Source: Polyangiales bacterium (GTDB lineage: Bacteria; Myxococcota_A; Polyangia; Polyangiales; Ga0077539). From it: a DNA stretch of 64,000 bases. The notes below the pieces were generated by a model. That model was not told where the DNA came from and searched no databases. It was given only the letters and a program-made list of their open reading frames with translations. Both the position numbers and the translations under genes were made by a program. This document shows positions 19,445-29,084 of this stretch, in pieces. The stretch lies in contig JBGARZ010000002.1 of NCBI GenBank assembly GCA_044229975.1, forward strand, positions 32,001 to 96,000. Direction: 5' to 3'. Every line of letters starts with the position of its first letter. Position 1 is the first letter of the stretch.

Positions 19445-19518
19445 GGGGTGGTAGCGAAGTTGGTTATCGCGCTGGCCTGTCACGCCGGAGATCGCGGGTT
19501 CAAGTCCCGTCCACCTCG
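19445..19518 (+). tRNA. tRNA-Asp(GTC), CCA not encoded
   Basis: Acceptor stem GGGGTGG/CCACCTC + G73; anticodon arm CTGGC-CTGTCAC-GCCGG; T-arm GCGGG-TTCAAGT-CCCGT. Confidence 0.97.
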
Positions 19519-19536
19519 CAAGTTGTCTCGCAGATT

Positions 19537-19573
19537 CGCCCCGCAGAACCGATGAGGTTCCCGGGGCGTTTCT
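19537..19573 (+). terminator. Intrinsic terminator-like hairpin after the tRNA
   Basis: CGCCCCG..GAACC / GGTTC.CGGGGCG followed by TTTCT. Confidence 0.6.
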
Positions 19574-19621
19574 AATTCCGGGGCGCCGTCTCCGGTCGAC
19601 GCCCCGTACCGTCGGCGGTGA

Positions 19622-20191
19622 TCAGAAGAAGGTGGCGGCGTCGCGGGCGGCGCGGACGAGGTCGGAGTGGGACTCCTGCTCGTGCTGCACGGCGACGGCG
19701 AGGTCTTCGATCTTCGTCGCGAGGGGCTCACGCTGCTCGGGCGTCGGGTGTCCCGCGGCGTGGGTGACGTCCTGCTCAAGGGCGCGCGCGGTGGCCATCA
19801 ACCGGAGGAGCGCCGAGCGCTCGCGCTCGCGCAACCGGTACACCTCGATGGGCGGGTTCTGGATCGACTCGACGAAGCTGTTGGGCGCCACGAGGAGCTC
19901 GGCCATCGGACCGCGGTGACAGAGGCCGAAGGTCGTCGGGACCGAGCCCGCGCGCACCTGATCGGCGACGCGTCGCAGGTCGGGCGCGGCGGTCGCGCCG
20001 AAGCAACGGCGGAGGGCGGTGTCGATGTAGCGCGCGTGGTTCTCCTCGACGCGCTTGGCCCAGAGCTGGTGCGGATCGCGCGCGTGCTTCCACGCGAAGA
20101 AGATCGCGATGGCGCCGACGATGAGCGCGAGGTTGATCCAGAGGGTGACGCGCGAGGACTTGGGCTTCGGGGAATCGTCGGAGGTCGCCAT
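19622..20191 (-). CDS. Hypothetical single-pass membrane protein
   Basis: One N-terminal TM helix, helical remainder, host-like codon usage. Confidence 0.7.
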   Translation of the reverse strand: MATSDDSPKPKSSRVTLWINLALIVGAIAIFFAWKHARDPHQLWAKRVEENHARYIDTALRRCFGATAAPDLRRVADQVRAGSVPTTFGLCHRGPMAELLVAPNSFVESIQNPPIEVYRLRERERSALLRLMATARALEQDVTHAAGHPTPEQREPLATKIEDLAVAVQHEQESHSDLVRAARDAATFF

Positions 20192-20466
20192 TGGGGGGCC
20201 TTCAGAGTGCAGTGAGGGGAGCCCGTAGGTAGTGCATCCCGGCGGATGTCGCCACGGAGGAGCATCGGGAGAACCGTCGCGACGGTGCTTTACCTTCCCC
20301 GGTACTTCGGCGTAGGTTCCCCGGCGACATCGCGTGACCAGGGATCAGGCCCTGGTACGAGGCCGATGTCTGTATCGGGTCGAACAGTCTCTCCCCGCGT
20401 GAGCCCCCGGATGTTCGGGCGAGCTCGCAGGCGATGGGGCGTGCGACCATCAAACAGAGGATTTCC

Positions 20467-22125
20467 ATGACGTTCACCGAGGCCGCTGAGGCCGTGCTGC
20501 GCAAGGTCGGCAAGCCCTTGCATTTCAAGAAGATCACGCAGATTTCCATCGACGAGAACCTCCTGTCGCACGTGGGCAAGACGCCGGAGGTCACCATGAG
20601 CACCCGGCTCGCGACGCTCACCCGTCGCGACGACACGTCGCAAAACATCGTGCGGGTGAAGCCCGGCGTGTTTGGCCTGCGCGAGTGGGGCTCCATCGAC
20701 GCCGCCGCGGCCGACGACAGCGAAGGCACCGAGACGACCGAAGCCGCCGCCGAGGCGCCCGTCGCCGCGGCTCCCGCCGCCGAGACCGACGGCTCCGAGG
20801 AGCACGCTGGCGAAGAGCTCACCGCGCAGGAAGTGGCGCCCAGGCCCGCGCCGGCCTCCGTGGCTCCCGCCGCGCCCGTCGAAGACGAGACGCCGCGCAC
20901 CCCCGAGGAGCTGGAGCGTCAGGCTCGCCTCGCCGCCGCGGTCGAGGGTCTCTCGGAAGAAGACGACGATGAAGAGCCGCTCCTGGGCGGCACCGCGGAG
21001 AAGGCCGCCGACGGCAGCAAGCGCCGTCGCCGCCGCCGTCGCCGTGGTCGCAATGGTGAGCGCGAGGTCGGCGCCGATGGCGTCGCCGTCGCGGGTGAGG
21101 ACGGCGCCGCGGGCGAGGGCGAAGCGCCCGCCGAGGGCGAAGGCGCCGCCGAGGGCGAAGGTGCGCCGCGCGAAGGCGGCGAGCGCACCGAGACCCGCAG
21201 CGGCGATCGGGACCAGGACCGCGGCCGTGGACGTCGCGGTGACCGCGGCGATCGCGGCCCGCGCGGCGAAGGCCGTGGCGAAGGTCGCCGCGATGAGCGC
21301 ACCGAGATCCGCGTCGAAGGCAACGCGGACGGTCGGGACGAGGAGGTCGGTCGCGACACGGCGGACATCGTGGTGGCGCTGCTCGCGCGCCGCGACGACC
21401 GTCAGCCGGTGGCCATCCGCTCGCTCGTCGAGGAGGGTCTCCGCTCGGGCAAGCTCGCGGGCGATCCGCAGCTCCTCCAGCTCTCGGTGTCGGCCGCCAT
21501 CCGCGTCGACGGCGCTCGTCGCGCGCTGCGCGGCGAGCGTAGCCGCCTCCGCCTCGCCGGCGGTCGCGTGGGCCTCCTCGATTGGACCCTCCCGCCCGAC
21601 CTCGTTCGTGTCGAGGCCGAGGCCCTCGCGGCGCTTGAGCGCCTGCGCGACGCCTCGCGGCGTTACGTGGTGCGGCGCATCAACGAGCTCCCGCAGGCGT
21701 CGTTCGTCGAGGCCGCGGCGCTCCTGCTGGAGCGCATGGGCATCTCGTCGCTGCGTTCGACGCGTCGGCCGGGGCTGTCCCAGGTCGAGGCGCACATCTG
21801 CGGCATCGCCCGCCGCGGGCCCGAGGAGGTTCCGGTCGCCATCGTGCTGCGTCGCGGTGGCGAGGTCGGTCGCGAGCGCGTGATCGAGCTCCGCGGCTCG
21901 CTGCACCACTACAACAACGCCCGCGCCGGCTGGCTCTTCAGCACCGGCCAGGTGTTGTCAGGCGCGCGCGACGAGGCTTCGCAGGAGGGCGCTCCGCCCA
22001 TCACGCTGGTCGACGGCGTGGGCCTCGGTCGCCTGCTCGACGAGCACAAGGTGCTCATCAGCCACGCCACCGTGACGCTCCCCTACCTCGACGTCGACCT
22101 CTTCGATCAGCTGCGCGGCACCTGA
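20467..22125 (+). CDS. HARE-HTH domain protein with a C-terminal, degenerate Mrr-like restriction-endonuclease fold
   Basis: MTFTEAAEAVLRKVGKPLH...PGVFGLREW (HARE-HTH); acidic/Arg-rich linker; Mrr_cat-like C-terminus ending PITLVDG. Confidence 0.8.
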   Translation: MTFTEAAEAVLRKVGKPLHFKKITQISIDENLLSHVGKTPEVTMSTRLATLTRRDDTSQNIVRVKPGVFGLREWGSIDAAAADDSEGTETTEAAAEAPVAAAPAAETDGSEEHAGEELTAQEVAPRPAPASVAPAAPVEDETPRTPEELERQARLAAAVEGLSEEDDDEEPLLGGTAEKAADGSKRRRRRRRRGRNGEREVGADGVAVAGEDGAAGEGEAPAEGEGAAEGEGAPREGGERTETRSGDRDQDRGRGRRGDRGDRGPRGEGRGEGRRDERTEIRVEGNADGRDEEVGRDTADIVVALLARRDDRQPVAIRSLVEEGLRSGKLAGDPQLLQLSVSAAIRVDGARRALRGERSRLRLAGGRVGLLDWTLPPDLVRVEAEALAALERLRDASRRYVVRRINELPQASFVEAAALLLERMGISSLRSTRRPGLSQVEAHICGIARRGPEEVPVAIVLRRGGEVGRERVIELRGSLHHYNNARAGWLFSTGQVLSGARDEASQEGAPPITLVDGVGLGRLLDEHKVLISHATVTLPYLDVDLFDQLRGT

Positions 22126-22135
22126 TCGCGCCGCC

Positions 22136-22155
22136 CGGGGGCCTCGCAGCCCCCG
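22136..22155. terminator. Hairpin between convergent genes
   Basis: CGGGGGC-ctcgca-GCCCCCG; no strong U tract. Confidence 0.35.
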
Positions 22156-22169
22156 TTGCCTTCCCACCC

Positions 22170-22799
22170 TCAGAAGCAGCCCCGCATGCACTCGCGGTAG
22201 CCCTCGTCGCAGCGCGCGACGCAGGCCGCGTCCTGCCTCGGACAGTGCCCACCGCAGGTGCTCCAGCCGCCGCGGCACTCGTGTCCACACGAGGCGCCAG
22301 GTGGTTCGGCGCCGGTGCTGTCCCGCTGGGTCGGAGGAGGTGCGCTCACGGGGTTGCCGCCCGTGGAGACGCGACCGTTCCAGGGGCTCGGCGCGGTGGC
22401 GGCCTCGGGGGCTGCTGGGGTCGGGAGCGCGCGGTCGACGTCGACGGTGAGCGGCGCGGTGCCGCCCGCGCTCGTCGCGGCCGGTGCGGTGGGGCTGGTG
22501 CTTTGCGTCGGTGGCGTTCCCGCGGTGGCCGGCGGGGCGGCGCGACGCTCGCCCGCGCCGACGGTGCCGAGGCGGTTGCGCGCGAAGTCGATGCGGTCGG
22601 GGTTGGCGCCATAGCTGTACGACTGGAGCCAGGTGCTCCAGCACGCCGAGCGCGCGGTGTCGTTGACCGTGGTGTCGTAGTCGAGCCCGTAGCAGCGCTC
22701 GAAGGCGCTCTCGCCGTCGTAGACGTAGCGGTAGTTGGGGCCGCAGCCGATGGTGATCGCGAAGGCGGCGAGGAGGAGCGGGCGGACGGGGCTCGACAT
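22170..22799 (-). CDS. Cys-rich lipoprotein of unknown function
   Basis: Lipobox-like ITIGC; Pro/Thr/Ala linker; C-terminal 8-Cys motif. Confidence 0.75.
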   Translation of the reverse strand: MSSPVRPLLLAAFAITIGCGPNYRYVYDGESAFERCYGLDYDTTVNDTARSACWSTWLQSYSYGANPDRIDFARNRLGTVGAGERRAAPPATAGTPPTQSTSPTAPAATSAGGTAPLTVDVDRALPTPAAPEAATAPSPWNGRVSTGGNPVSAPPPTQRDSTGAEPPGASCGHECRGGWSTCGGHCPRQDAACVARCDEGYRECMRGCF

Positions 22800-22835
22800 G
22801 CGGGCACTGTATCCCGCATCGGTCGCGGGCGCAGT

Positions 22836-23477
22836 TCAGGGGGTGGGGGCGAGCAGTCGGTGGGCGAGCTCGCGCCAACGACGGGCCGCGTCCTGCTGGG
22901 CGCGCACCTGGAGGAGGGCGTCGAGGGTGGCCTCGTCGGCCGTGCCGCGGGCCTCGTCGATCATGGCCGTGGCGGGGAGAAGCTGCGAGAGCTCCAGGGC
23001 GCTCGCACGGTGGGCCTCTGCCGTGCGGCGGCAGTCGACGACGACGCGCGCGGTATGGATCGTCTCGCGAATGGAGCGCGGGAGCGTAGTCACCAGCGCG
23101 AGGTACGACATCGGGAGGTGCACCGACTCGGCGAGGTTCCAGAGGTCGCGCGCGCTCCAGCAGGGGAGGGCCTCGGCGAAGTCCCAGTTGGTGCCGTACT
23201 CGGCGCCGTCGAGGGCGAGCTCACGCCGCAGCGTGCGGTCGTCGACGCCCATCACCAGCTCCTGCACGGCGCCCTCGAACCAGCGACGCTTCGCGCCTTC
23301 GAGGTTCTGGTCACCGGCCACGGCCACCGAGCGAAACGCCTGCCGCCAGCGCCGTCGATCGGGGTCGCGGCGCTGGAGCAGGTTGACCGCCCGCGGGAAG
23401 TCCTTCCGCCGGCTTAGGATCGCGGCGTCGTCGCTGATGCGGGTGTAGTCGATCACCAGATTGTCGGGCGTCATCAC
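22836..23477 (-). CDS. Hypothetical protein
   Basis: Globular composition and host-like codon usage; no recognised motif. Confidence 0.7.
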   Translation of the reverse strand: MMTPDNLVIDYTRISDDAAILSRRKDFPRAVNLLQRRDPDRRRWRQAFRSVAVAGDQNLEGAKRRWFEGAVQELVMGVDDRTLRRELALDGAEYGTNWDFAEALPCWSARDLWNLAESVHLPMSYLALVTTLPRSIRETIHTARVVVDCRRTAEAHRASALELSQLLPATAMIDEARGTADEATLDALLQVRAQQDAARRWRELAHRLLAPTP

Positions 23478-23519
23478 ACGAAGGCTTCGCAGAGCTCCCG
23501 ACGGTGGGTCAAAGAACCG

Positions 23520-26348
23520 TCAGCCGCCGACCTCACCGACCACCGCGACGGCGGCGCGCAGGCGCTCGACCTTGTCGGCGAGCTCGGTGAGACGCGCGCG
23601 GTCCTTGGCGACGACGTCGGCGGGCGCGCGGCCCACGTAGTCGGCGTTGTTGAGGCGCTTGGAGAGCCCGTCGGACTCCTTCTGCGCCTTGGCGATGTCG
23701 TTGGCGAGGCGGGCCTTCTCCTTCGCCACGTCGATGTGCCCCGCGATGGGGATGAGAATCTCCACGCCGTGGGCCACGCCGAAGCCGACCCCCCGCGGTC
23801 GGTCGTCGCTCGGGGGCGCGTGCACGATCTTCCCCGCGCGCGTCAGCCTCAGTGCTTGCGGCTCGTAGGTGGTGAGCACCGCGCGCACGTCCTCGTCGGC
23901 GGTGCGGAGCGTGACCTCGATGGAGCCGCCTGCCTTGATGCCGAGCTCGGCGCAGATGCGGCGCACGCCCTCGACGGTCCCCTGGAGGGCGGCGATGCGG
24001 GCCTCGGCCTCGGGGTCGACGGCCGCGTCTCCGTCGTCGGGGAAGGGCGCGAGCGCGAGCACCTCGGGGAGCTCACCGTCGCTCCGACGTCGCCGCGCGT
24101 TGTCGGGCAGGTGCGACCAGCACTCGGCGGTGAGGTGCGGCATGAAGGGATGGAGCAGGCGGTGAACCGTCTCCAGGCAGTGCGCGAGGGTGAGCTTGTA
24201 CGAAGCGCGCGCGGCCTCGTCGGAGCCTTCGAACACTGGCTTGCACAGCTCCAGAAACCAGTCGCAGAGCTCGTACCAGAAGAACTGGTAGACGGCCGCC
24301 GTGGCCTCATCGAGGCGGAAGTCCTTCACGCCCTGGTTCACCGCCGCGATGGCGCGCGCGAGGCGCGAGAGGATCCACCGCTCGGCCGCCGAGTCGGGCC
24401 GCGGGAAGGCGCCCGTCGGTCGCGGCGCGACGTCGGCGATGTGGGTGAGGGCGAAGCGCGTGGCGTTCCAGACCTTGTTGCAGAAGTCGCGATACCCTTG
24501 GAGTCGCCCGAGGTTGAGGTTGATCTTGCGAGACTGCGGTGGATGGCTCGCGAGGTAGAAGCGCACCGCGTCGGCGCCGAAGGCCGGGAAGCCTTCCTTC
24601 ATGGTCGAAACGCTCGGGTACGCCGCGCGGAATTTCCTCAGACCTTCCTCGAAGGGAGCGCTCCCCGACGCGTGCGCGATGATCTCCTGCAACGTCGCGC
24701 CGTGGACGAGGTCCAGCGGGTCGATGACGTTGCCCTTCACCTTGGACATCTTCGAGCCCGACTCGTCGCAGACCATCCCGTGCAGCAGCACCTTGCGAAA
24801 CGGAACGTCCCCGATGAAGTGCAGCCCCATCATCAGCATGCGGGCGACCCAGAAGAAGATGATGTCGAAGCCGGTCTCCATCACCGACGTCGGGTAGAAG
24901 GCCTTGAGCGCCGCGGTGTCCTCGGGCCAGCCGAGCGTCGCGAAGGGCCAGAGCGCCGAGCTGAACCAGGTGTCGAGCACGTCGGGGTCGCGCGCGATGT
25001 GGGTCGACCCGCACGCGGTGCACGTCGTCGGGTCTTCGCGCGCCACGACCGTCGCCGCGCAATCGGCGCAGTACCAGGCCGGAACCTGATGCCCCCACCA
25101 GAGCTGGCGCGAGATGCACCAGTCCTCGATGTTGGTCATCCAGTGCATGAAGGTCTTGGTCCACTCCTCCGGGGTGAACGTCGTGCGACCCTCCTCCACG
25201 GCCTTCACCGCGGGCGCAGCGAGCGGCTCCATCTTCACGTACCACTGCGGCAGGAGCAGCGGTTCGAGGATGTCCTGCGTGCGCTGGCAGCGGGCGTAGG
25301 GGATGGAGTGCGGTGAGCTCCCGCGGGCCAGGCCCTTCTCGGTGAGCGCGGCCTTCACGGCCTCGCGCGCGGCGAAGCGGTCCATGCCGGCGAAGGGCCC
25401 GCCCTCGGCGTTGAGGGTGCCGTCGAGGTTGAGGATGTTGATCATCGCGAGGCCGTTGCGGCGGCCGCACTCGTAGTCGTTGAAGTCGTGGGCGGGCGTG
25501 ACCTTCACGGCGCCCGTTCCCTTCGTGGGGTCGGCGAGCTGGCCGTCGGCGATGATGGCGAAGCTGCGATCGACGAAGGGGTGCTTCACCATCTTGCCCA
25601 CCATGGCGGCGTAGCGCGGGTCGTCGGGGTGCACCGCGATGGCCGTGTCGCCGACCATGGTCTCGGGGCGCGTGGTGGCGACGACGATCTCGCCGCTGCC
25701 GTCTTCGAGCTCGTACGCGAAGGAGAAAAGCTCGGCGTTGGGACGACTTGGATCCGGCTCCTCGCGATCGACCTCGAGGTCGGAGATGACCGTCTGCGCT
25801 TTGATCGACCAGTTCACGAGGCGGTTGGCCCGATAGATGAGCCCCTCCTCGTAAAGCCGCACAAACGCTTCACGAACGGCGCGCGAGAGCTCCGGGTCCA
25901 TGGTGAACTTCTCGCGGCGCCAGTCGACCGACGAGCCCATCACCTTGAGCTGCTCGGAGATGCGCCCGCCGGAGCGACCCTTCCACTCCCACACCCGCTC
26001 GATGAACTTCTCGCGGCCGAGCGCGTGGCGGTCGGAGCCCTCGCGCTTCAGCTCGCGCTCGACGACGATCTGCGTCGCGATGCCGGCGTGGTCGAGGCCC
26101 GGGAGCCAGAGGGCGTTGCGCCCCGACATGCGGGCGTGGCGCGTGATGCTGTCCTGGATGGTGAGCATCAGGGCGTGGCCCATGTGCAGCGAGCCCGTCA
26201 CGTTGGGCGGCGGGATGACGATGGAGAAGCTCTCCGCGTGGGGGGCGTCGTCGCTCGCCTGAAACCAGGTCGACGCGAGCTCGCGCGCGCGCCATCGCGG
26301 CTCAACCTCGTTGGGGTCGTAGGGGCGGGTGAAATCGCTGGTCGACAT
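23520..26348 (-). CDS. valS: Valine--tRNA ligase
   Basis: PPPNVTGSLHMGH, DWCISRQLWWGH, KMSKV, C-terminal coiled coil; start re-called at MSTSDF. Confidence 0.97.
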   Translation of the reverse strand: MSTSDFTRPYDPNEVEPRWRARELASTWFQASDDAPHAESFSIVIPPPNVTGSLHMGHALMLTIQDSITRHARMSGRNALWLPGLDHAGIATQIVVERELKREGSDRHALGREKFIERVWEWKGRSGGRISEQLKVMGSSVDWRREKFTMDPELSRAVREAFVRLYEEGLIYRANRLVNWSIKAQTVISDLEVDREEPDPSRPNAELFSFAYELEDGSGEIVVATTRPETMVGDTAIAVHPDDPRYAAMVGKMVKHPFVDRSFAIIADGQLADPTKGTGAVKVTPAHDFNDYECGRRNGLAMINILNLDGTLNAEGGPFAGMDRFAAREAVKAALTEKGLARGSSPHSIPYARCQRTQDILEPLLLPQWYVKMEPLAAPAVKAVEEGRTTFTPEEWTKTFMHWMTNIEDWCISRQLWWGHQVPAWYCADCAATVVAREDPTTCTACGSTHIARDPDVLDTWFSSALWPFATLGWPEDTAALKAFYPTSVMETGFDIIFFWVARMLMMGLHFIGDVPFRKVLLHGMVCDESGSKMSKVKGNVIDPLDLVHGATLQEIIAHASGSAPFEEGLRKFRAAYPSVSTMKEGFPAFGADAVRFYLASHPPQSRKINLNLGRLQGYRDFCNKVWNATRFALTHIADVAPRPTGAFPRPDSAAERWILSRLARAIAAVNQGVKDFRLDEATAAVYQFFWYELCDWFLELCKPVFEGSDEAARASYKLTLAHCLETVHRLLHPFMPHLTAECWSHLPDNARRRRSDGELPEVLALAPFPDDGDAAVDPEAEARIAALQGTVEGVRRICAELGIKAGGSIEVTLRTADEDVRAVLTTYEPQALRLTRAGKIVHAPPSDDRPRGVGFGVAHGVEILIPIAGHIDVAKEKARLANDIAKAQKESDGLSKRLNNADYVGRAPADVVAKDRARLTELADKVERLRAAVAVVGEVGG

Positions 26349-26488
26349 GGACGGTGGTCCTCGCGGTGGGAAGTCGGAAACGCTTCCTACTGCGCGGACG
26401 CACGAGCCACAACGCATCTCGCGCGCGGTCGTCGGGTCGATGTCTTTGGAGGGAGGAGAGACTGCGGGGCGGGGCGGGGCGGTCGACG

Positions 26489-27340
26489 CTACGGCGCGGT
26501 GAGGCGCTTGAGCTCTTCGCGGATCATCGTCTCGGCGAGGGTCGGGACGACCTCCCACACGATGCGCTCGACGACTTCACGGGTGAGGGCGGTGATGGCC
26601 TCGGCCTGCTGGGGCGTGAGGCCGAGCGATACGGCCTTGGCCGACATCTGCTCGACGGCGGAGCGCGCGAGGTCGGTCGCCTGCACCGGGATGACCGGGG
26701 TGGGCGTCGAGACGGGCTCCGGCGGAGCGGGGCGCACCGACACCTTGGCGGACTCGGCGCCTTCGACGGGGAGGTCGTCGCGGGTGGTGCTCTTCGGTGC
26801 CGCGAGCGGAGCGGTCGGCGGCTTGAGGGCAGCGGCCGCCGGGATGGCGGCGCGCGAGAGCGAACTCGGCGGCGCGGTGGGGGGCTTCGCCGCCGTGGGC
26901 AGCGGAGGCGCCGGCGGGCGAACGGGCGCCGAGACCTGCGCGGGGGCCGTCGAGGGGGAGGCGGCCGGAGCGGCCGCGGTGACCGACTGACGCACACGGT
27001 CGATCATCGCCTGCGAGTCGAAGGGCTTGAGCACCGCCCCTTGAGCGCCCGCGGCGCGCGCGGCGGCCTCGTCGAGCGGCGAGTGGTCGGAGTAGAGCAG
27101 GTAGACCGGGACGGCCGAGAGGTTGGGCTCGCCGCGGAAGCTCTTCACGAGGTCGTAGCTGCTCGAACCGGGGAGGTTGACGTCGACGATGATCGCGTTG
27201 GGCCGAAGCTCCTTCGCGCGGGCCACGGCGCCGTCGGCGCTGTCGTGGGTGACGACGGCGATGTCCTCGCCGGCGAAGGTCATCTCGAAGACCTTTCGCA
27301 TCGTCGCGCTGTCATCGATGACGAACACGGATTTGGGCAC
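26489..27340 (-). CDS. romR: RomR-like polarity response regulator (REC - Pro-rich linker - C-terminal helix)
   Basis: N-terminal receiver; REVVERIVWEVVPTLAETMIREEL resembles the RomR C-terminus; directly upstream of valS as in Myxococcus; AAGGAG before the GTG. Confidence 0.85.
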   Translation of the reverse strand: MPKSVFVIDDSATMRKVFEMTFAGEDIAVVTHDSADGAVARAKELRPNAIIVDVNLPGSSSYDLVKSFRGEPNLSAVPVYLLYSDHSPLDEAAARAAGAQGAVLKPFDSQAMIDRVRQSVTAAAPAASPSTAPAQVSAPVRPPAPPLPTAAKPPTAPPSSLSRAAIPAAAALKPPTAPLAAPKSTTRDDLPVEGAESAKVSVRPAPPEPVSTPTPVIPVQATDLARSAVEQMSAKAVSLGLTPQQAEAITALTREVVERIVWEVVPTLAETMIREELKRLTAP

Positions 27341-27417
27341 GACCGACTCCTTCTTCAGCGGGCTTCGAGGGGTTGTCCGGCGCTCGCGCGCCCTCCGACC
27401 GGAAATCCCGTTGTGAC

Positions 27418-27447
27418 GTTGTAGGAGGGTGCGAAAGAGAGTGTCAA
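27418..27447 (-). promoter_or_regulatory. Candidate promoter of romR-valS
   Basis: TTGACA-18 bp-TACAAC on the minus strand. Confidence 0.55.
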
Positions 27448-27591
27448 GAATCACGAGAGGCCGCCGGGTTTTCTCGCGACGCGCCGATGCCTTGCCCCGC
27501 GAAGGCGAGCCGTGGCAGACACCTCTGGCGGGACGGCGGCGGTACGCCATCGACGCGCCCGCGACGGAGCCGTTGACGGTCCTGGTGAGAC

Positions 27592-29013
27592 TTGGCCCCC
27601 CCCGACAAAGATAATTCGCGCCTGGACGACTATCGCATCGTCGCCGAGCTGGCGCGGGGCGGGATGGCGGCGGTGTTCCTCGCGGTGTACGAGGGCTCCG
27701 CGCGGCCGCGGGAGATCGTCGCCATCAAGGTGGTGCACCCGCACCTCGCCTACGACCCCGACTTCGTCGCGATGCTCGCCGACGAGGCCCGCATCGCCTC
27801 GTCCATCGGCCACCCCAACGTGGTGGAGATCCGCGAGTTCGTCCTCGGGCGCGCCGACGGTCGCAACTACATCGTGATGGAGTACGCCGACGGCGAGACG
27901 CTCTCGATGTTCTTGAAGCAGGCGGGGCGCGGCAAGCGCGTCGACACTGCCCTCGCGGCGAGCATCGGCGCCGACATCGCCGGCGGCCTCCACGCGGCGC
28001 ACGAGCTGCGCGGTCCCCAGGGTGAGCCCCTCGGGCTGGTGCATCGGGACGTCTCCCCGCAAAACATCATCGTGACCTACGACGGTCGCGTGAAGCTCAC
28101 CGACTTCGGCGTCGCCAAGGCGACGGGTCGCCTCCAGCGCACGCAGCCCGGGGAGATCAAGGGCAAGCTCGCGTACATGGCGCCCGAGCAGGCGTTTGGC
28201 CGCGAGGTCGACCGCCGCTCGGACGTCTACGCGCTCGGCGTGGTGCTCTACGAGCTCGCCCTCGGGCGCCGACTCTTCGGCGGCAAAAACGACGCGGAGA
28301 CCATCCGCAACGTCATGCAGCACAACATCGTCGCGCCGCGCGAAGTCGACCCGTCGTTTCCCGAGGGCCTGGAGCAGATCATCCTCGCGATGCTCACCAA
28401 GGAGCCCAACGACCGCTTCCAGACGGCGGGCGCGGCCGAGCGCGCGCTGCGTGGCTACCTCCGGAGCGTCGGCGCTCCCGACCTCGTCGACACCCTCGGT
28501 GCCTTCGTCCGCGACCTCGACACCGACCGCTACACGGCGAAGCAGGAGCTGCTCCGCCCCGAGCGTGCTCGTCTCCCGCCGCCGCCTGCTCCTCGACCTG
28601 CGCCGAGTCGGGTCTCCCATCCTCCCGCGCAGGTGGTCGAGTCCCGTGCGTCCGAGGTGTCGGACGATGGCCCGACGCTCGTCTCGGGGCAGCTCGAAGA
28701 CGTCATCCGGCGCATGGGCGTGACGCCGCAGTCGTCGGTCCCAGCGGCGCCGAGGCCGTCGTTTCCGCCGCCGTCGCGCCCCAGCGCTCCGCCTCCACCG
28801 CAGCAGGTGCCTGACCATCATCCGGTCGATCGCACGGTGCAGGCGGAGTTCTCTCAGGGACTCATGGAGCAGATCAGGGCCTCGTCGATGCCGCCTCCCA
28901 CGGCGCCGCTCCCGGTCCCGGCACGATCTCGCGTCGGCCTCTGGATCGCCATCGTCGTCGGGCTGCTCGTCATCGCCATCGGCGCGGCGGTGCTCGCCCT
29001 CCTGCTCAGCTAG
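27592..29013 (+). CDS. Hanks-type Ser/Thr protein kinase with C-terminal TM anchor
   Basis: ARGGMAAV, VAIK, HRDVSPQN, DFG, YMAPE; start uncertain. Confidence 0.92.
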   Translation: MAPPDKDNSRLDDYRIVAELARGGMAAVFLAVYEGSARPREIVAIKVVHPHLAYDPDFVAMLADEARIASSIGHPNVVEIREFVLGRADGRNYIVMEYADGETLSMFLKQAGRGKRVDTALAASIGADIAGGLHAAHELRGPQGEPLGLVHRDVSPQNIIVTYDGRVKLTDFGVAKATGRLQRTQPGEIKGKLAYMAPEQAFGREVDRRSDVYALGVVLYELALGRRLFGGKNDAETIRNVMQHNIVAPREVDPSFPEGLEQIILAMLTKEPNDRFQTAGAAERALRGYLRSVGAPDLVDTLGAFVRDLDTDRYTAKQELLRPERARLPPPPAPRPAPSRVSHPPAQVVESRASEVSDDGPTLVSGQLEDVIRRMGVTPQSSVPAAPRPSFPPPSRPSAPPPPQQVPDHHPVDRTVQAEFSQGLMEQIRASSMPPPTAPLPVPARSRVGLWIAIVVGLLVIAIGAAVLALLLS

Positions 29014-29084
29014 CGGCCTCTCTTTACGAGTCCGGGTATTCGCGGTGCCCCCAGTGGGCCTATGCTGTGGTCCACGGAGCGGGC

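Noticed and set aside
19445..19620. tRNA-Asp as an island integration site
   Set aside because: No integrase and no duplicated tRNA 3' end noticed in the window
24736..24750. KMSKV instead of KMSKS in ValRS
   Set aside because: The last position is variable and the catalytic lysine is retained
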